A stretch of 64,000 bases of DNA, from positions 32,001 through 96,000 of IMG/VR virus record IMGVR_UViG_2920951204_000001, one strand, 5' to 3'. The stretch's first letter is position 1, and each line of letters opens with the position of its first letter. Under the pieces are notes generated by a model. That model was not told the DNA's origin and searched no databases. It saw only the letters and a program-made list of their open reading frames with translations. This DNA is from a virus (Duplodnaviria; Caudoviricetes). The position numbers and the translations under genes are program-made. This document shows positions 23,705 to 35,400 of the stretch, one piece after another.

Positions 23705-23733
23705 ATAATAGAACGTCCGTTCGATATTGTCAA
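23705..23733 (-). promoter_or_regulatory. SigmaA promoter with LexA (Cheo) box in the spacer
   Basis: TTGACA-17-TATTAT; GAAC-GTCC-GTTC at 23711-23722. Confidence 0.8.
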
Positions 23734-24071
23734 TGGTAAATTTTACCTTTTATTTTACAAGTCCAATAATAAGGACTTGTTCATTTAATTTGACCGAAAA
23801 AGTATCGTATTCAATGTTCCAACTGGCTTGTAATTAATCGGATCGACCTGTCTTGTTGTAAAACATCTCAACTGTGCAGCAAAATCATCACAAACCTTTG
23901 CAATTGTCTCTGCTTCCTGTAACAATTCTGAACATTCACAGAATTTTTTTTTAGTGAAACCAATATTGCAATCTTCCTGTTCAAGATATTGTCTAGATAC
24001 AAGAACGATTGCGTCCTTTTTAACAACTTTTTTTGCTTCTTCGAGTGTCATTGCTACATAATCCATAATTA

Positions 24072-24437
24072 TTATTCCTCCAAATCTCCAAAATTAGCAT
24101 AGTATACTCTTTTTATATTTCTTTTATCTTCTATTGAAGATATGTACCCTAATTTCTTAATTATTCTCTCTTCTGAAACTTGTCTTAAACATTCTCCAAG
24201 TACCATACTATTAACTTTCAAGCCTTTTTCTACATCTTTTTCGAAAAGAAGATGTGTCGGTTGATCTAAGTGTTTAATTTTAGATGTTAATGGTGCTACT
24301 AATGTCGTTCCACTAAAATAATTTCCAATATCGTTTTGCAAAATAATTGCTGGTCGTTTTCCACCTTGCTCTCCGGCGAATTGTACTTTTCCAAAATCAA
24401 CAAGCACTATATCGAATCTTTTATAATTGCCTTTCAT
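24072..24437 (-). CDS. PemK/MazF-family endoribonuclease-like protein
   Basis: GEQGGKRPAIILQND.GN...TLVAPLTS motif. Confidence 0.85.
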   Translation of the reverse strand: MKGNYKRFDIVLVDFGKVQFAGEQGGKRPAIILQNDIGNYFSGTTLVAPLTSKIKHLDQPTHLLFEKDVEKGLKVNSMVLGECLRQVSEERIIKKLGYISSIEDKRNIKRVYYANFGDLEE

Positions 24438-24575
24438 TTCACATCCTCCTTTCTTATTTGTCTGTTTCTATATTCCACATTATATATCTTTTTATATTAT
24501 ATGTCAACATATATTATTGAAAAATACATTATTTTTTTGTATTATATATGTAAATAATATATAAGGAGATTTAAA

Positions 24576-24788
24576 ATGTACAAACTCAAAGTAAGGGAAC
24601 TATTAGAACAACAAGATAAAACGCCTTATTGGTTATCCAAACAAACAGGTATAGCCCCTAATAACATATTAAAGATCTGCAATGGGGAAACTGTTAATAT
24701 TCGACTTGATACTATCAATAAACTTTGTGATGCTTTGAATTGTAAACCAGGAGACTTATTTACATTTGAAAAAGACGATACTAAATAA
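24576..24788 (+). CDS. XRE/Cro-like HTH regulator
   Basis: YWLSKQTGI...LDTINKLCDALNCKPGDL; divergent from 24437. Confidence 0.85.
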   Translation: MYKLKVRELLEQQDKTPYWLSKQTGIAPNNILKICNGETVNIRLDTINKLCDALNCKPGDLFTFEKDDTK

Positions 24789-24804
24789 GTATCGTCTTTT
24801 ACTA

Positions 24805-25545
24805 CTACCCATATATAAATGATGTTCTTTTTTTGTTTGCTCTAATTCTTTCGTCTTCCAGACAAGCATATCTTTCAGTTATTCTTAAATCCGAATGAGC
24901 AAACATTGTCGATATATCTACAAGGGCTTGTGCTTTATCATCCGAATTTTTAATGTACTGATTAGCCATTGTTTTTCTAAGTCCATGTGTTCCAATTTTC
25001 TGTGGAATACCAGCTTCCTTCCTTGTTTTTTCCATTATTTCATACCAACTTTTTTCACCTATTTTAGAGCCTTTCTGACTTGTAAAAATATAATCATTTA
25101 GTTCCTGTGGTTTAACCATTCTATTACACCATTTCAACCAATCAACGAGTGCTTGAACAGAATCATCATTCCAATATAATTCTATATGTTTATGAGTTCT
25201 TTTTGTTTTTTCTGGAACATACTCTACTTTATTTTTAAAATTCCAATTTATATCAAAAATGTCAGACCATTTAAGGTTACAAAAATCTCCACCACGCAGC
25301 CCAATATCAATAGCGAATACAAACATTGTTAAATTTCTTCTTGCTATTGTCTCCTTTTTTATTGATGTTGCACTCTCCACCTTATTTTTAAATATATTAT
25401 ACACTCGCATTATTTCTTCACGATCTTTTAAACACCACATTTTTGTTGATCTTCCTATATTATCAACTTTTTTAACCCTGTTTATCGGAAATTGTACAAC
25501 CTTTGATTCTATATTTCCCATTTTATTAAAATCTACTGCCAACAC
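24805..25545 (-). CDS. Tyrosine recombinase (short, catalytic domain only)
   Basis: GLRGGD, EKT, HGLRKT, AHS, ERY: R-K-H-R-H-Y set present. Confidence 0.85.
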   Translation of the reverse strand: MLAVDFNKMGNIESKVVQFPINRVKKVDNIGRSTKMWCLKDREEIMRVYNIFKNKVESATSIKKETIARRNLTMFVFAIDIGLRGGDFCNLKWSDIFDINWNFKNKVEYVPEKTKRTHKHIELYWNDDSVQALVDWLKWCNRMVKPQELNDYIFTSQKGSKIGEKSWYEIMEKTRKEAGIPQKIGTHGLRKTMANQYIKNSDDKAQALVDISTMFAHSDLRITERYACLEDERIRANKKRTSFIYG

Positions 25546-25549
25546 AATA

Positions 25550-25822
25550 TCAACCTACCTTTCTATCATTATTATTCTCCATTGAATAATACATTTTCCT
25601 CATTTCTTTTGCTTTGTTCATTACTTCGTCAAAAGAATCGCAAAATCTTATTTCCACACACTTACAAATCTTTCCACACGAAAGACAATACAAATCTTTG
25701 ATATGAAATTTTTCACGTTGGGATTTCCTTTGTATTCCTTGTGCTAACTTATTTTCCTGCAAGCAAGACAAACAAATGAATCTCGATTGCCTTTTAGGAT
25801 TTCCATTTTTATATCTACTCAA
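25550..25822 (-). CDS. Small zinc-binding phage protein
   Basis: CLSC...HIKDLYCLSC. Confidence 0.6.
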   Translation of the reverse strand: MSRYKNGNPKRQSRFICLSCLQENKLAQGIQRKSQREKFHIKDLYCLSCGKICKCVEIRFCDSFDEVMNKAKEMRKMYYSMENNNDRKVG

Positions 25823-26340
25823 ATTTTACCACCTACTTTCTTATACTAAAAAAGAAGTGAAACAATCTTCACTTCTTTAATGTTTATTACTGTGTACAAA
25901 ATTGCTGTTTTATTTATTTTAATTGACGTTATTGCAAAGCAACTCTTTCACTTAACGAAGTCATTCCTGCGAGACATTCTTGTTTTTTGTTTCTTTATGT
26001 ACTCTTTAATATATCTCATATCATCAACATTGCATTTAATTATTCTCATTTGCTTTCACCTTTTCTATACATTCTGAATCGAACCAATACCAACCAAATT
26101 GACTATGTTTATTGTATTTTCCATCAATAATAATTCCAACACTATTTCCTGATATAGCTGCAATTTTCCCTTCTAAGCCAACTAATTCAGGATATTCACT
26201 TTCGGAAGATAATTGTCTTTTAGGTAAACAAATGATTTTTATTTTTCCTGGATAAATAAATTGTTCTATTTTTCTTTTCATATTTTCTCCTTTTCATATA
26301 ATGAAATCGTCAATTCATGGTATTTTTAAATACCTTTACA

Positions 26341-27555
26341 TTACGCTCTCAGCATAGCCAAGTTAATAATTGTTGGGTGTGAACCTGCACCCTCTATTCC
26401 TTTGCTAAACGCATCAGGAATTACCTTCTTTAATATTTGATATGCTCCATTTACATCTGCATTTATCTTCTTTCCGCAATCTGCAATGAATAATCCTCTA
26501 TGAACTCTGCGTTCCTTATTATAATTCTCTTTTACAGGATCTTCATTATCAAGAAATGATGTTCCAGAAGTACATGCTTCCTCATTTTCTATAAATCTAA
26601 TTCCATTATTCTCACATTTATATGCAAGCATCTGGATAAATAGTTCATAAGGAATATAAGTAAAATTCTGCATACCTTGTTTCTTTTGTTTCCATTCATC
26701 GTTGTGTCCTACAATCAATGTGTCAATTTCATATAAGACACACCAATCAACTACATACTTACTTATACAATGCATCTGATATTTAATCATTTCATATCGC
26801 TTGTCTGTAAGTTTCTGTAACTTGTTCGACCAATCTTTTCCGTTGACTTTCTTCAACTCTGACTGAATATTTGCTTTCTGTTTATTGTAAAACCGATTAA
26901 TTGACTTAATAACTCCACCTTTAACAGCTATTGGATTTTCACCAATGTTGTTTACCATAGTTATGAAATTATCAACTCCAATATCAATGGCAGCTACTCT
27001 TTCAGAAGTTTCTGAAATGTCTGGCACTTCGATTTCATAGACGATTTCCATTACATACTTTTTACATCTAGGAATGAATCTGCATTGTAATATTCTTTCT
27101 TGTGCATTTGTCTTAAACATATTGTTGTATGGTTTAAATGGCTTCCATGCAAAATATACATATCCATCTTTCAATTTCACTTTGTTGCTATCAAGAGATA
27201 GTAAGAATCTTCCGTCTTTATCTTTATATTTTGGAATCTTTGGTCTACCTAAATATTTACTAGGATTTTTCTTCCAATCCTTAATTGCCTTGAAAAATGC
27301 TTTCCAATTTTTATCAAGTATCCTTAAAGTTCCTTGACCTGTATTATTTCCAATATCTTTGTATGGCTCTGACTCTTTTACAAGTTGAAATAATTGATTA
27401 TATTTAATCCAGTTTCCATTATTTATAAATTCTTGACGAATAATATAATTCGCATAGTTGTATAAATTCTTTGACTTGAAACACATTTCATCAACAAATT
27501 TATAAAAATCAGTTCCATACTTTATATTATGCTGTTCACATCTTGTTATTTTCGT
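26341..27555 (-). CDS. tnpB: TnpB-family nuclease with rearranged RuvC Glu, likely ACG start
   Basis: SKNLYN, AIDIG, IVGHN, EEACTS, NADVNG; frame extends to (T)KITRCEQH after SD AAAGGAGATG. Confidence 0.85.
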   Translation of the reverse strand, partial: TKITRCEQHNIKYGTDFYKFVDEMCFKSKNLYNYANYIIRQEFINNGNWIKYNQLFQLVKESEPYKDIGNNTGQGTLRILDKNWKAFFKAIKDWKKNPSKYLGRPKIPKYKDKDGRFLLSLDSNKVKLKDGYVYFAWKPFKPYNNMFKTNAQERILQCRFIPRCKKYVMEIVYEIEVPDISETSERVAAIDIGVDNFITMVNNIGENPIAVKGGVIKSINRFYNKQKANIQSELKKVNGKDWSNKLQKLTDKRYEMIKYQMHCISKYVVDWCVLYEIDTLIVGHNDEWKQKKQGMQNFTYIPYELFIQMLAYKCENNGIRFIENEEACTSGTSFLDNEDPVKENYNKERRVHRGLFIADCGKKINADVNGAYQILKKVIPDAFSKGIEGAGSHPTIINLAMLRA

Positions 27556-27724
27556 ATCATATCATCTCCTTTCCATAGAAATTATATTGATAACGTTCTA
27601 TAGAGTTATTCTCTCTTCTGACCGCACATTATCAAGAGCTTCGCATCTCCTTCACGGTAACTGTTCAAGGCAGTCAACCCTTTATTCAGTTGTCAATGTT
27701 CAACTGTAATAGGAATTTTCGAGT

Positions 27725-27827
27725 TGACTAACTCTTAAAAGATGATATAATAGAAATTAGTCAAACTCTGTGTTTGGCGGCTATGTAAAGTGGTGAATGT
27801 CTTTGGTCGGATGCTCACCACTTTTTT
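27725..27827 (+). ncRNA. Putative small antisense RNA with own promoter and terminator
   Basis: TTGACT-16-TATAAT, then hairpin AAAGTGGTGA...TCACCACTTTTTT. Confidence 0.45.
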
Positions 27828-27984
27828 AGTTGTCTTTCTTTTTCTCCATATATTCCAGGATAGCTCGTCTTACTATTGCATTCATTTCACAACATTCTTT
27901 CTCAGCTTCCTTTTGAAGAAACTCTTTGATTTCGGGAGTTAGACCGACAACCAATTTTTCTGAAAATCTTTTCGGTCTTGCCAT
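27826..27984 (-). CDS. Ribbon-helix-helix protein (52 aa, not in ORF track)
   Basis: MARPKRFSEKLVVGLTPEIKEFLQKEAEKECCEMNAIVRRAILEYMEKKKDN; SD AAGGAGG. Confidence 0.7.
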   Translation of the reverse strand: MARPKRFSEKLVVGLTPEIKEFLQKEAEKECCEMNAIVRRAILEYMEKKKDN

Positions 27985-28609
27985 TCACAAATCCTCCTTA
28001 CATTTTCCATTATACTCAACATTATTCATTTGTCAATACTTTTTTGGTAGTTTTTAATATCAATTAAATATCAAAAACCAAGTAAATCATTCTTTCATTA
28101 TATCCTTAGTCCTTCGGTAATAAATCTCCTAAAGCATCCTTCCATTCTCCAAACTTCATACTTTACTGTACTTTTATCTTGATATTCAACATAAGCTACA
28201 TTAGTTTCAAATCCTTCTATATCAATTAAATTTACATATCCAATTTGCAAATAATGTTCATCTTTTGGATCAATGCAAATAAGTACGTCTCCTTCATTCA
28301 TAAAATCACCTCCAAAGGAAAGTTAAAGTTCATTAGCTTTCTGTAGTTGCAATATCAATTCTAACTCTGCAATTTCCGTTTTTAATTTCTTCATATTCAA
28401 TAATGCATTAATAGCGTTATCTTCATAATTTGATTGCTCAATATTTTTCATATCAATTCTAAAATATTCTTGTTGATTTCCCAAATCTCGCTTCTTTGCA
28501 GCTAATCGCTGTTCCAATACGTCATTCATATTATTCACTCCTTCCACATGAAAACTTGGTTTCTTGTCACTTTAATATTCTCTGTTTTAATAAGTAATGG
28601 TGCTATAAT

Positions 28610-28945
28610 TTATACAGCACCATTATCTTCTAAAAATTTTCTATACATATTTTCAATTCTATTCAAATCATCTTTGTGCAAATCACCGATTTTGAATATA
28701 AAGCTATCTTTTGTAAGTAGCGTTACTTTTGATACTCTCGCAGTTGAAGCCAATCTCAAACTCGCTTCTTCCCAATAGATAATAGGAGTATCATAAGGAT
28801 CTTCTTTTCTTACCTTATGCTTTGTTATCTTGACAGATAATACACCAAGTAAATTTTCATCAAGTACCACAACAGGTCTATTCAGTATTCTACTTGGATC
28901 TTCTTCTAATGGAAATTCAACAAACCATACTTCTCCTTTGTTCAT
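28610..28945 (-). CDS. PemK/MazF-like toxin
   Basis: GEVWFVEFP.E....RPVVVL...VKIT. Confidence 0.75.
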   Translation of the reverse strand: MNKGEVWFVEFPLEEDPSRILNRPVVVLDENLLGVLSVKITKHKVRKEDPYDTPIIYWEEASLRLASTARVSKVTLLTKDSFIFKIGDLHKDDLNRIENMYRKFLEDNGAV

Positions 28946-29262
28946 TATTCAATACCTCTTTCTTTTTTCATTTGCTCAAACATATCATCCCATTCTGATT
29001 CAGTTGCCCAATCGCCAACAGAAGATATTGTCGCTTTCCCTTCTTTATTGTAATTTGTATTTTTCATTGCTAACTGATATGATTTCAAGCCATATATTCC
29101 CGTATTCATATCAGGATGAAATGGTAAAGCCTGTTCTCTTACGGCTTGTTTAGCAGCCATTATAAAGAAAGTAGTCATGTCCATTCCAAGATTAGACATC
29201 AGCTCCTGTAATTGTGCTTTCAGTGCTTCATCAATTCTCATTGTTACATTTGTATTTGCCAT
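28945..29262 (-). CDS. RelB/DinJ-family antitoxin
   Basis: MANTNVTMRID..LK......LGMDMTT......VREQALPF; stop overlaps the toxin start. Confidence 0.8.
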   Translation of the reverse strand: MANTNVTMRIDEALKAQLQELMSNLGMDMTTFFIMAAKQAVREQALPFHPDMNTGIYGLKSYQLAMKNTNYNKEGKATISSVGDWATESEWDDMFEQMKKERGIE

Positions 29263-29472
29263 ATATATCACTCCTTTCTTTAATATTATTATATTCTCCG
29301 TTTTTATCACTGTCAATACATTGTTATAACATTGTACATAAAGCTATTATTTTTAATAAAATAATTCTTTAACAATTTTGCAAGTTTCAATATCCTGTGC
29401 ATACCAATGACCATTTAACTGAATTATTCTGTATTTTAATCCCATTCAATCTATCTCCTTTTCTATAAAAGG

Positions 29473-32400
29473 TTAATCTGTTTCCTCTATTCTACCTTCC
29501 AAATCATAAATAACTTCCTGTAACGTTTGCATTCTTACAATAAGCATATTATTAGCATTAGGTGCGTCATCACCATTATCAATGATACATTTCTCACATC
29601 TTTTAATTTCCTTTTCCAATTCACTAATATATTCTCTTATCATACCTTGCACACCAACCAAATCTGGTTGATTTTCGTATTTATATAACTTTTCCAATGG
29701 TATCTGCATAGCATCATTTGCCTCAAAATTAGCTTCAACATACGCATACATTTCTCTTGGCTTTGAAGCAAAATCCCCTAAATTCCATTGTATTTTCTTT
29801 ACTATTTTTTCCATTATATCACCTCAATATTATATTCTCCATCATGTCAGAAACGGAACTGCCTTACGACAATTCCATTCCAAATGAATCTATTATTTCA
29901 TATACAAAAGGAAGCATTGCTGCTCCCTGTTATTTTAAAATTTCGTTTTCTTTTTCATATAATGTTAATAACATTGTTGCCGTCATTCTTCGCATTTTTT
30001 CTGTAGAAGTTAATTTGAATTCGTGTTCCGGATCATTTTTATCCACAAAATTATAATCCTTGTAGATTGTGACTCCTTGTAATTCTTCTGTTACAACTTC
30101 AACAATCATATCTCCACCAAATTCTGCAATGTCCTGTTTTAATTCTTCAATTAAGCACGCACAATCGTAACTTACATTGATTCCTTCATCGTTAATGAAT
30201 CCCATTCTTTATCTCCCTTAATATTTATATTTTCCATTTTCGTCAAAATCATCACATTCAATTTCAATGCGTTCGTCCTCGCCTTCTCTTTCAAAATTTT
30301 GATAATAAGCATTTCCTTTTTGTTCAGAAATCAAAAGCCATAACTCTTCGTCAGTTAAGTCTGGTTTACTATCAATAAATTTTTGAATTTTTTCGTAATC
30401 CACATCTCCATCTTCATTCTGAAATTCTATGTCCCTTTCTGTTTTATTATATTTTTCGAGAATGGTGTGTTCATACACATCGTAATCATAACTATCAATA
30501 ATTTCTTCATTCATAAGCAAATTGAATAATTCATAAAAACTATTTGCTTTATATTTACGTTTCCAAATTCCATTAGTTGATTTGCCACTCCAATATATCG
30601 TACTCATAATTTTCCTCCTAAATTTCTAATTCAAATTGTTTAATAACTTCATCAAGTGTTTTATAACCTTGCCAATCTTTTCCTCTGGTTATCACATTAA
30701 CCGTTGTATACTTGCAACCTTTATGTCTTGCATCTAACTCTGTAGTTAATGTTATCCAATTTCCTGTGTTTCTAGTTTTTTCTTCCAACGCTTTCTTTAC
30801 TTTTTCAAATTTTGTCATATTAATCTACCTTCTTTCTTAATTATTTTTTATCTTTATCACCTTTTTTTATAAAATACTCACCACGAATATATTTACGTTT
30901 AGCATAATCATTGCCATACTTGTTTATATCAAGAAATTGCTGATTTATATCAAATTCTGTATCTTCCGGCTGCTCCGGTTCATGTAGCCAAAAATAAATC
31001 TCCTCGATATGTCCCATAACGTAGCCTACTCCAATACCTAATATTATTGTTATAATCTCTGCCATTCTTTTATTCCTCCTAAAATTTTTTATTTAATTAT
31101 ACTGCCCAATAAGTCCTATAAAAAGGACTTAATACTCATATTTGAAGCATATTTTAATTTATTTTATTATATCATTAAAGTTATATTAAATCTACTCACA
31201 ATCCATTTTAACCTCCTCTCTAAATATGACTTTCAACTCAATTTTTTCTCCCAATATTCATTTGCTTCCTTTGAGCCTCTAATATATAGCGCCACTTGTT
31301 TGCCTTTCTGAAAACACTTAGGACAAAGTTTCCCATGATAAGGCATCTCATCATCAATGGAATACATTCTGTTTCCACAATCAGTGAAAAAGAATGTTCC
31401 ATGTCCGTTCTCTTCTGGTAAAACTCTATGTGTTTTTATATTTTAGTAATACGGTTCATATCCAGATTCCATACTTCCCCGCTTACGTTCAATCGCATAA
31501 CTTTCACCTTCACCAATATATTTACCATCTCTGAAAATATAATTTGCATTTTCTCTAATCCAAGGATATTCTGGATTGTCTTTGTTCTCTTCCAGACATT
31601 CCTGCCAGATTTTTTCAAAATCTTTTCTGCACTGACGTTTGCTTTTTCTTTCAGATGCTACCAACTGATTTCCTGGATAATAATATCCACCTTCAGCCGG
31701 TTCATATATTGGATATTCCTCATAATGACTTATGTATCTCATAGTAAACACCTACCTTTCACTTGAATTTTCCGATTCATTAGTTTTCTTTAATCCAATT
31801 CTTTACATATTCAACAGCCTTATCTTTTTCAAAAGTTCCATGACTATGACCATCTGTATAACACTCTTCTTCAAAAATGCATTCGGCAACGATTGAATCA
31901 AGCTCATGTGCATTTTCTCTTGCGGTATTATATTTATTTAACATATCATCATAACTTTCGTAATAAGAAGATATTGCCATTTCTATTTCATCATCACTAT
32001 AATCATTTAAGTCAACCAAACCTGAGCAAACGACATAATCATTTTCTGAATCATTTGGACATGTATCAATCCAAAGTGCTTGAATAAATTTATATCTTCT
32101 TTCTCCTAATGGTTTACACCACTGCAAATCGTCTGTTTTGTACCATTCGTTTGACATATAATCGACCTCCATTCTGTCAAGAAATCCTCATTTCATTCTA
32201 TTCGGCAGGACATTCAAAACAACAAATGTTAGCCTCTTCATAAGTTAATGTAAATATCATATCCCTTTCTCCGTCTGTATTTTTTAATACAATATAGTCT
32301 TCTTTTACATCGATAATTTTGCAGGTTTCCCCATCCATGCATACTAAACCGCTTGTGGTGTACAAATCGTAATATCCAACATCTCCGTTTTCATTATTTT

Positions 32401-35400
32401 CTGTATTAATCCATCCACATTCAGTACCAAAATTGCTTTCGTATAATGTTTTAATGCTTACAGTTACTTCTTCGCCTGTTATATATCCAATCTTGCAGTT
32501 GCAAATTTCGCTATAATCAAAGCAAGTTCCTGTGTATGATTCAAAGAAGTTATCACATAATCTTTTGATTCTTACATTGTAGTGTTCTCCCTTATAATCA
32601 AAATCAACACGCATATTTTCTAAAAATTCCTTATTTCCATCTGTTAATATTTTTCTTAAATACATAATAATTCCTCCATTCTTCCAAAGAAACTCTTGTT
32701 TACTCTTCTTTTTCTTCAACATCATAAGTACAATCAATTCCGTTGTTATCAAGCCCTGCACTAACTGCTCTTTCTACATCTTCTACTGATGAGTTATCAT
32801 ATATTTCAATAGTTACTGTAATTGTTTTCATATCTTATCACTCCTTTCTTATAATTTTATCTTTTCATAATTGGGAATCATCTGAATAAATTCATCATCA
32901 AATTCGCTTAATCCACCACTTGCAAATACATATTTTGCTACATCTGGAACAAATATCATAAGATTATCAGGATATTTTCTTTCATCCTTAATTGCAAAAT
33001 ATCCTCTTTCTTTTACATCATCGTCTTCAAAGTAATAACCAAAAATCATTTCTATTAAATTTTTCATTGATGTTTCTGGTTCGTATTTCTGTTCTCGGAT
33101 CCATGCAGCCATATAATCGTAATCACACCATTTTTCTTTTGGGTATTTACTATAATCTTTTTCTTCCGTCCATTCACCTGTCCACTGATTTACCATATTA
33201 ATCACTCCTTTCTCTTCAAGAAACAGTTCTTTCAACTGGGTTTAAATTTCTACAAATACACAATATTGTTTATTATCATTCATATATCTTTTTAAATCCT
33301 TTTCTGTTCCATTTCCTGCTTTAAATGCATTTTTAATTCTTTCTTTTGTCCATTTCATAAAATATCCATCTTTAATCGCTTTTTCTCTTGATTCTTTTGT
33401 ATCTCCACCATATACTTCATTTAATATTTTCTTGCTTATTTCACATATCATTATCAATCACCTCATTTTAATCTTCATAAAAACTACGTTTCGCTTGCAT
33501 TAATTCACCATATCTCGCTTCTGATAATATCTGCCATCTACCTAAACTATGATCCGATCTCACATTCTTTGTGAATTTTCTAACGTCATCCCAAAATGTT
33601 TCCATATTGTGCAATGTATTCAATTTCTTAATTTTTGCATAATCTGCATTTTCCATAACATAACTTTCTAACATATCCCTCAACCTCACTTTCTATGCTA
33701 TCTGCCTTGCTATGTCTTCAATGTTTCCATCCATTACAATCACAGCATCTTTGTTGTCAGGATGTTTATCCATAAAATCTCTCAATCCTTCAAACTGCTT
33801 GTTGTCTGCGTTTTCAATCATCTGCCTTACATCTTTATTGTGCAGCTTAATCAGATAAACCTTTTCATAATACTGTTTGAATAACAGATTTTTCTTTTCA
33901 CAATACTGCTTAATCAAATCAATCTGTTTCTGTTCTTCTTCTCTGATTGCTTCAACTCTCGCCTTCTCATTGGCTTCTGCCTGTTCTTTTCGCTTACGAT
34001 TTCCAATCAGATGATTAAATAATGAGTTTGTTTCACACAGATCCTTAATAACTGCATTGTCAATGTCATATGTATCAGGATTATCTTTATCAATCCACCA
34101 TAAAAAATTATCAATCGTCCTATTGAAATTCTCTTCAAAGATACATCTGTTACCAAGATTTCTGTTGTAGATTTCCTCTCCGTTTCGCTCAATCCGTAAT
34201 GATGTATATACATTTTCATCCGGTTTATTATTATAGATAGTCCATTCATATCTATCCTGTCTGCCATATACGGTTAATCCATATGCACTGTATAACTGTT
34301 TCTTTTCATTCTTTAAATATAAAAGTCCCATTCTGTTCTCCTTTCCAATAAATAAGACAGACACACTTGTTTACATCTGCCTTTATATTCTCCAATTTAC
34401 CATTCATCTTCGTCCCAATATTCATCGTCATATTCATCATTGCTCCAACCCTGATAAGGATCACTTAATGATGGGGAAACATCTTTATATTCCATTTTTT
34501 TTGTGGTTATTTTAATTGGATATTTTAAAGTTGTGTTATCTTCATCGTAACAAGCCATTATAATTCCAAGATAACGGAGTTCACAATCAATTTCTTTTCC
34601 TTCGTAATATGCCTGTAAATTTTCAATATCCTTTTCGCATGTGTTACATTTCCATTTCCCTTCTTTAATTTTGTTGATAATCTCCGGTATAATTTCCTTG
34701 TTCCATTCAGGAATCAGATTATATACATCATATTCTCCGAAATCTCCATAGCCATCATAACAACTTTCATAGATTGCTTTTCCATATTTCTCCTGAAATG
34801 GTTTTGGTACAAGTAAATATGTCTCTGCATATACATTATCTAATAACTGTTTATTTGTATCTGAATAAATCCAACTAAATTGTCCCATATTATCACCTTT
34901 TACCTTTCTAAAATTTCACTGTAAATTACAATTTCCTGCTAATCTTCTAATATCCAATTACCAACTTTATTTCCGTTGATATCCATTATGTAACCAGCTT
35001 GATATCCGTATTCAAGTTTTTCTTCAATCTCTTTTAAATTTCGTCTTAACTCATATGCACTTCTATCAAGCTCGCCATCTTCATCTCTATAAGCTGCTCC
35101 ACCTGTTTTAATCTCAATTTTCAACATAACACTCGACCTTCCTTTCAATTCTAAATCTCGTATTTTCTGGATGTATTTCATAAATCAATTTACACCAATT
35201 TTCATCCTTAATACATTCACTCAAATACTTGTTATCAGGCGTAAAATAATATGCCTTATGACCTTCCTTTGGTGAATCCTCTGTTGTATCTTTCCATTTT
35301 GTAATAATCACCATTTCATACTTTTTATTTCCGTCATATAAAGTACCAGCTAAATGAGCTGTATATAATTTGTATTTACTCATATCAATTACCAATCCTT

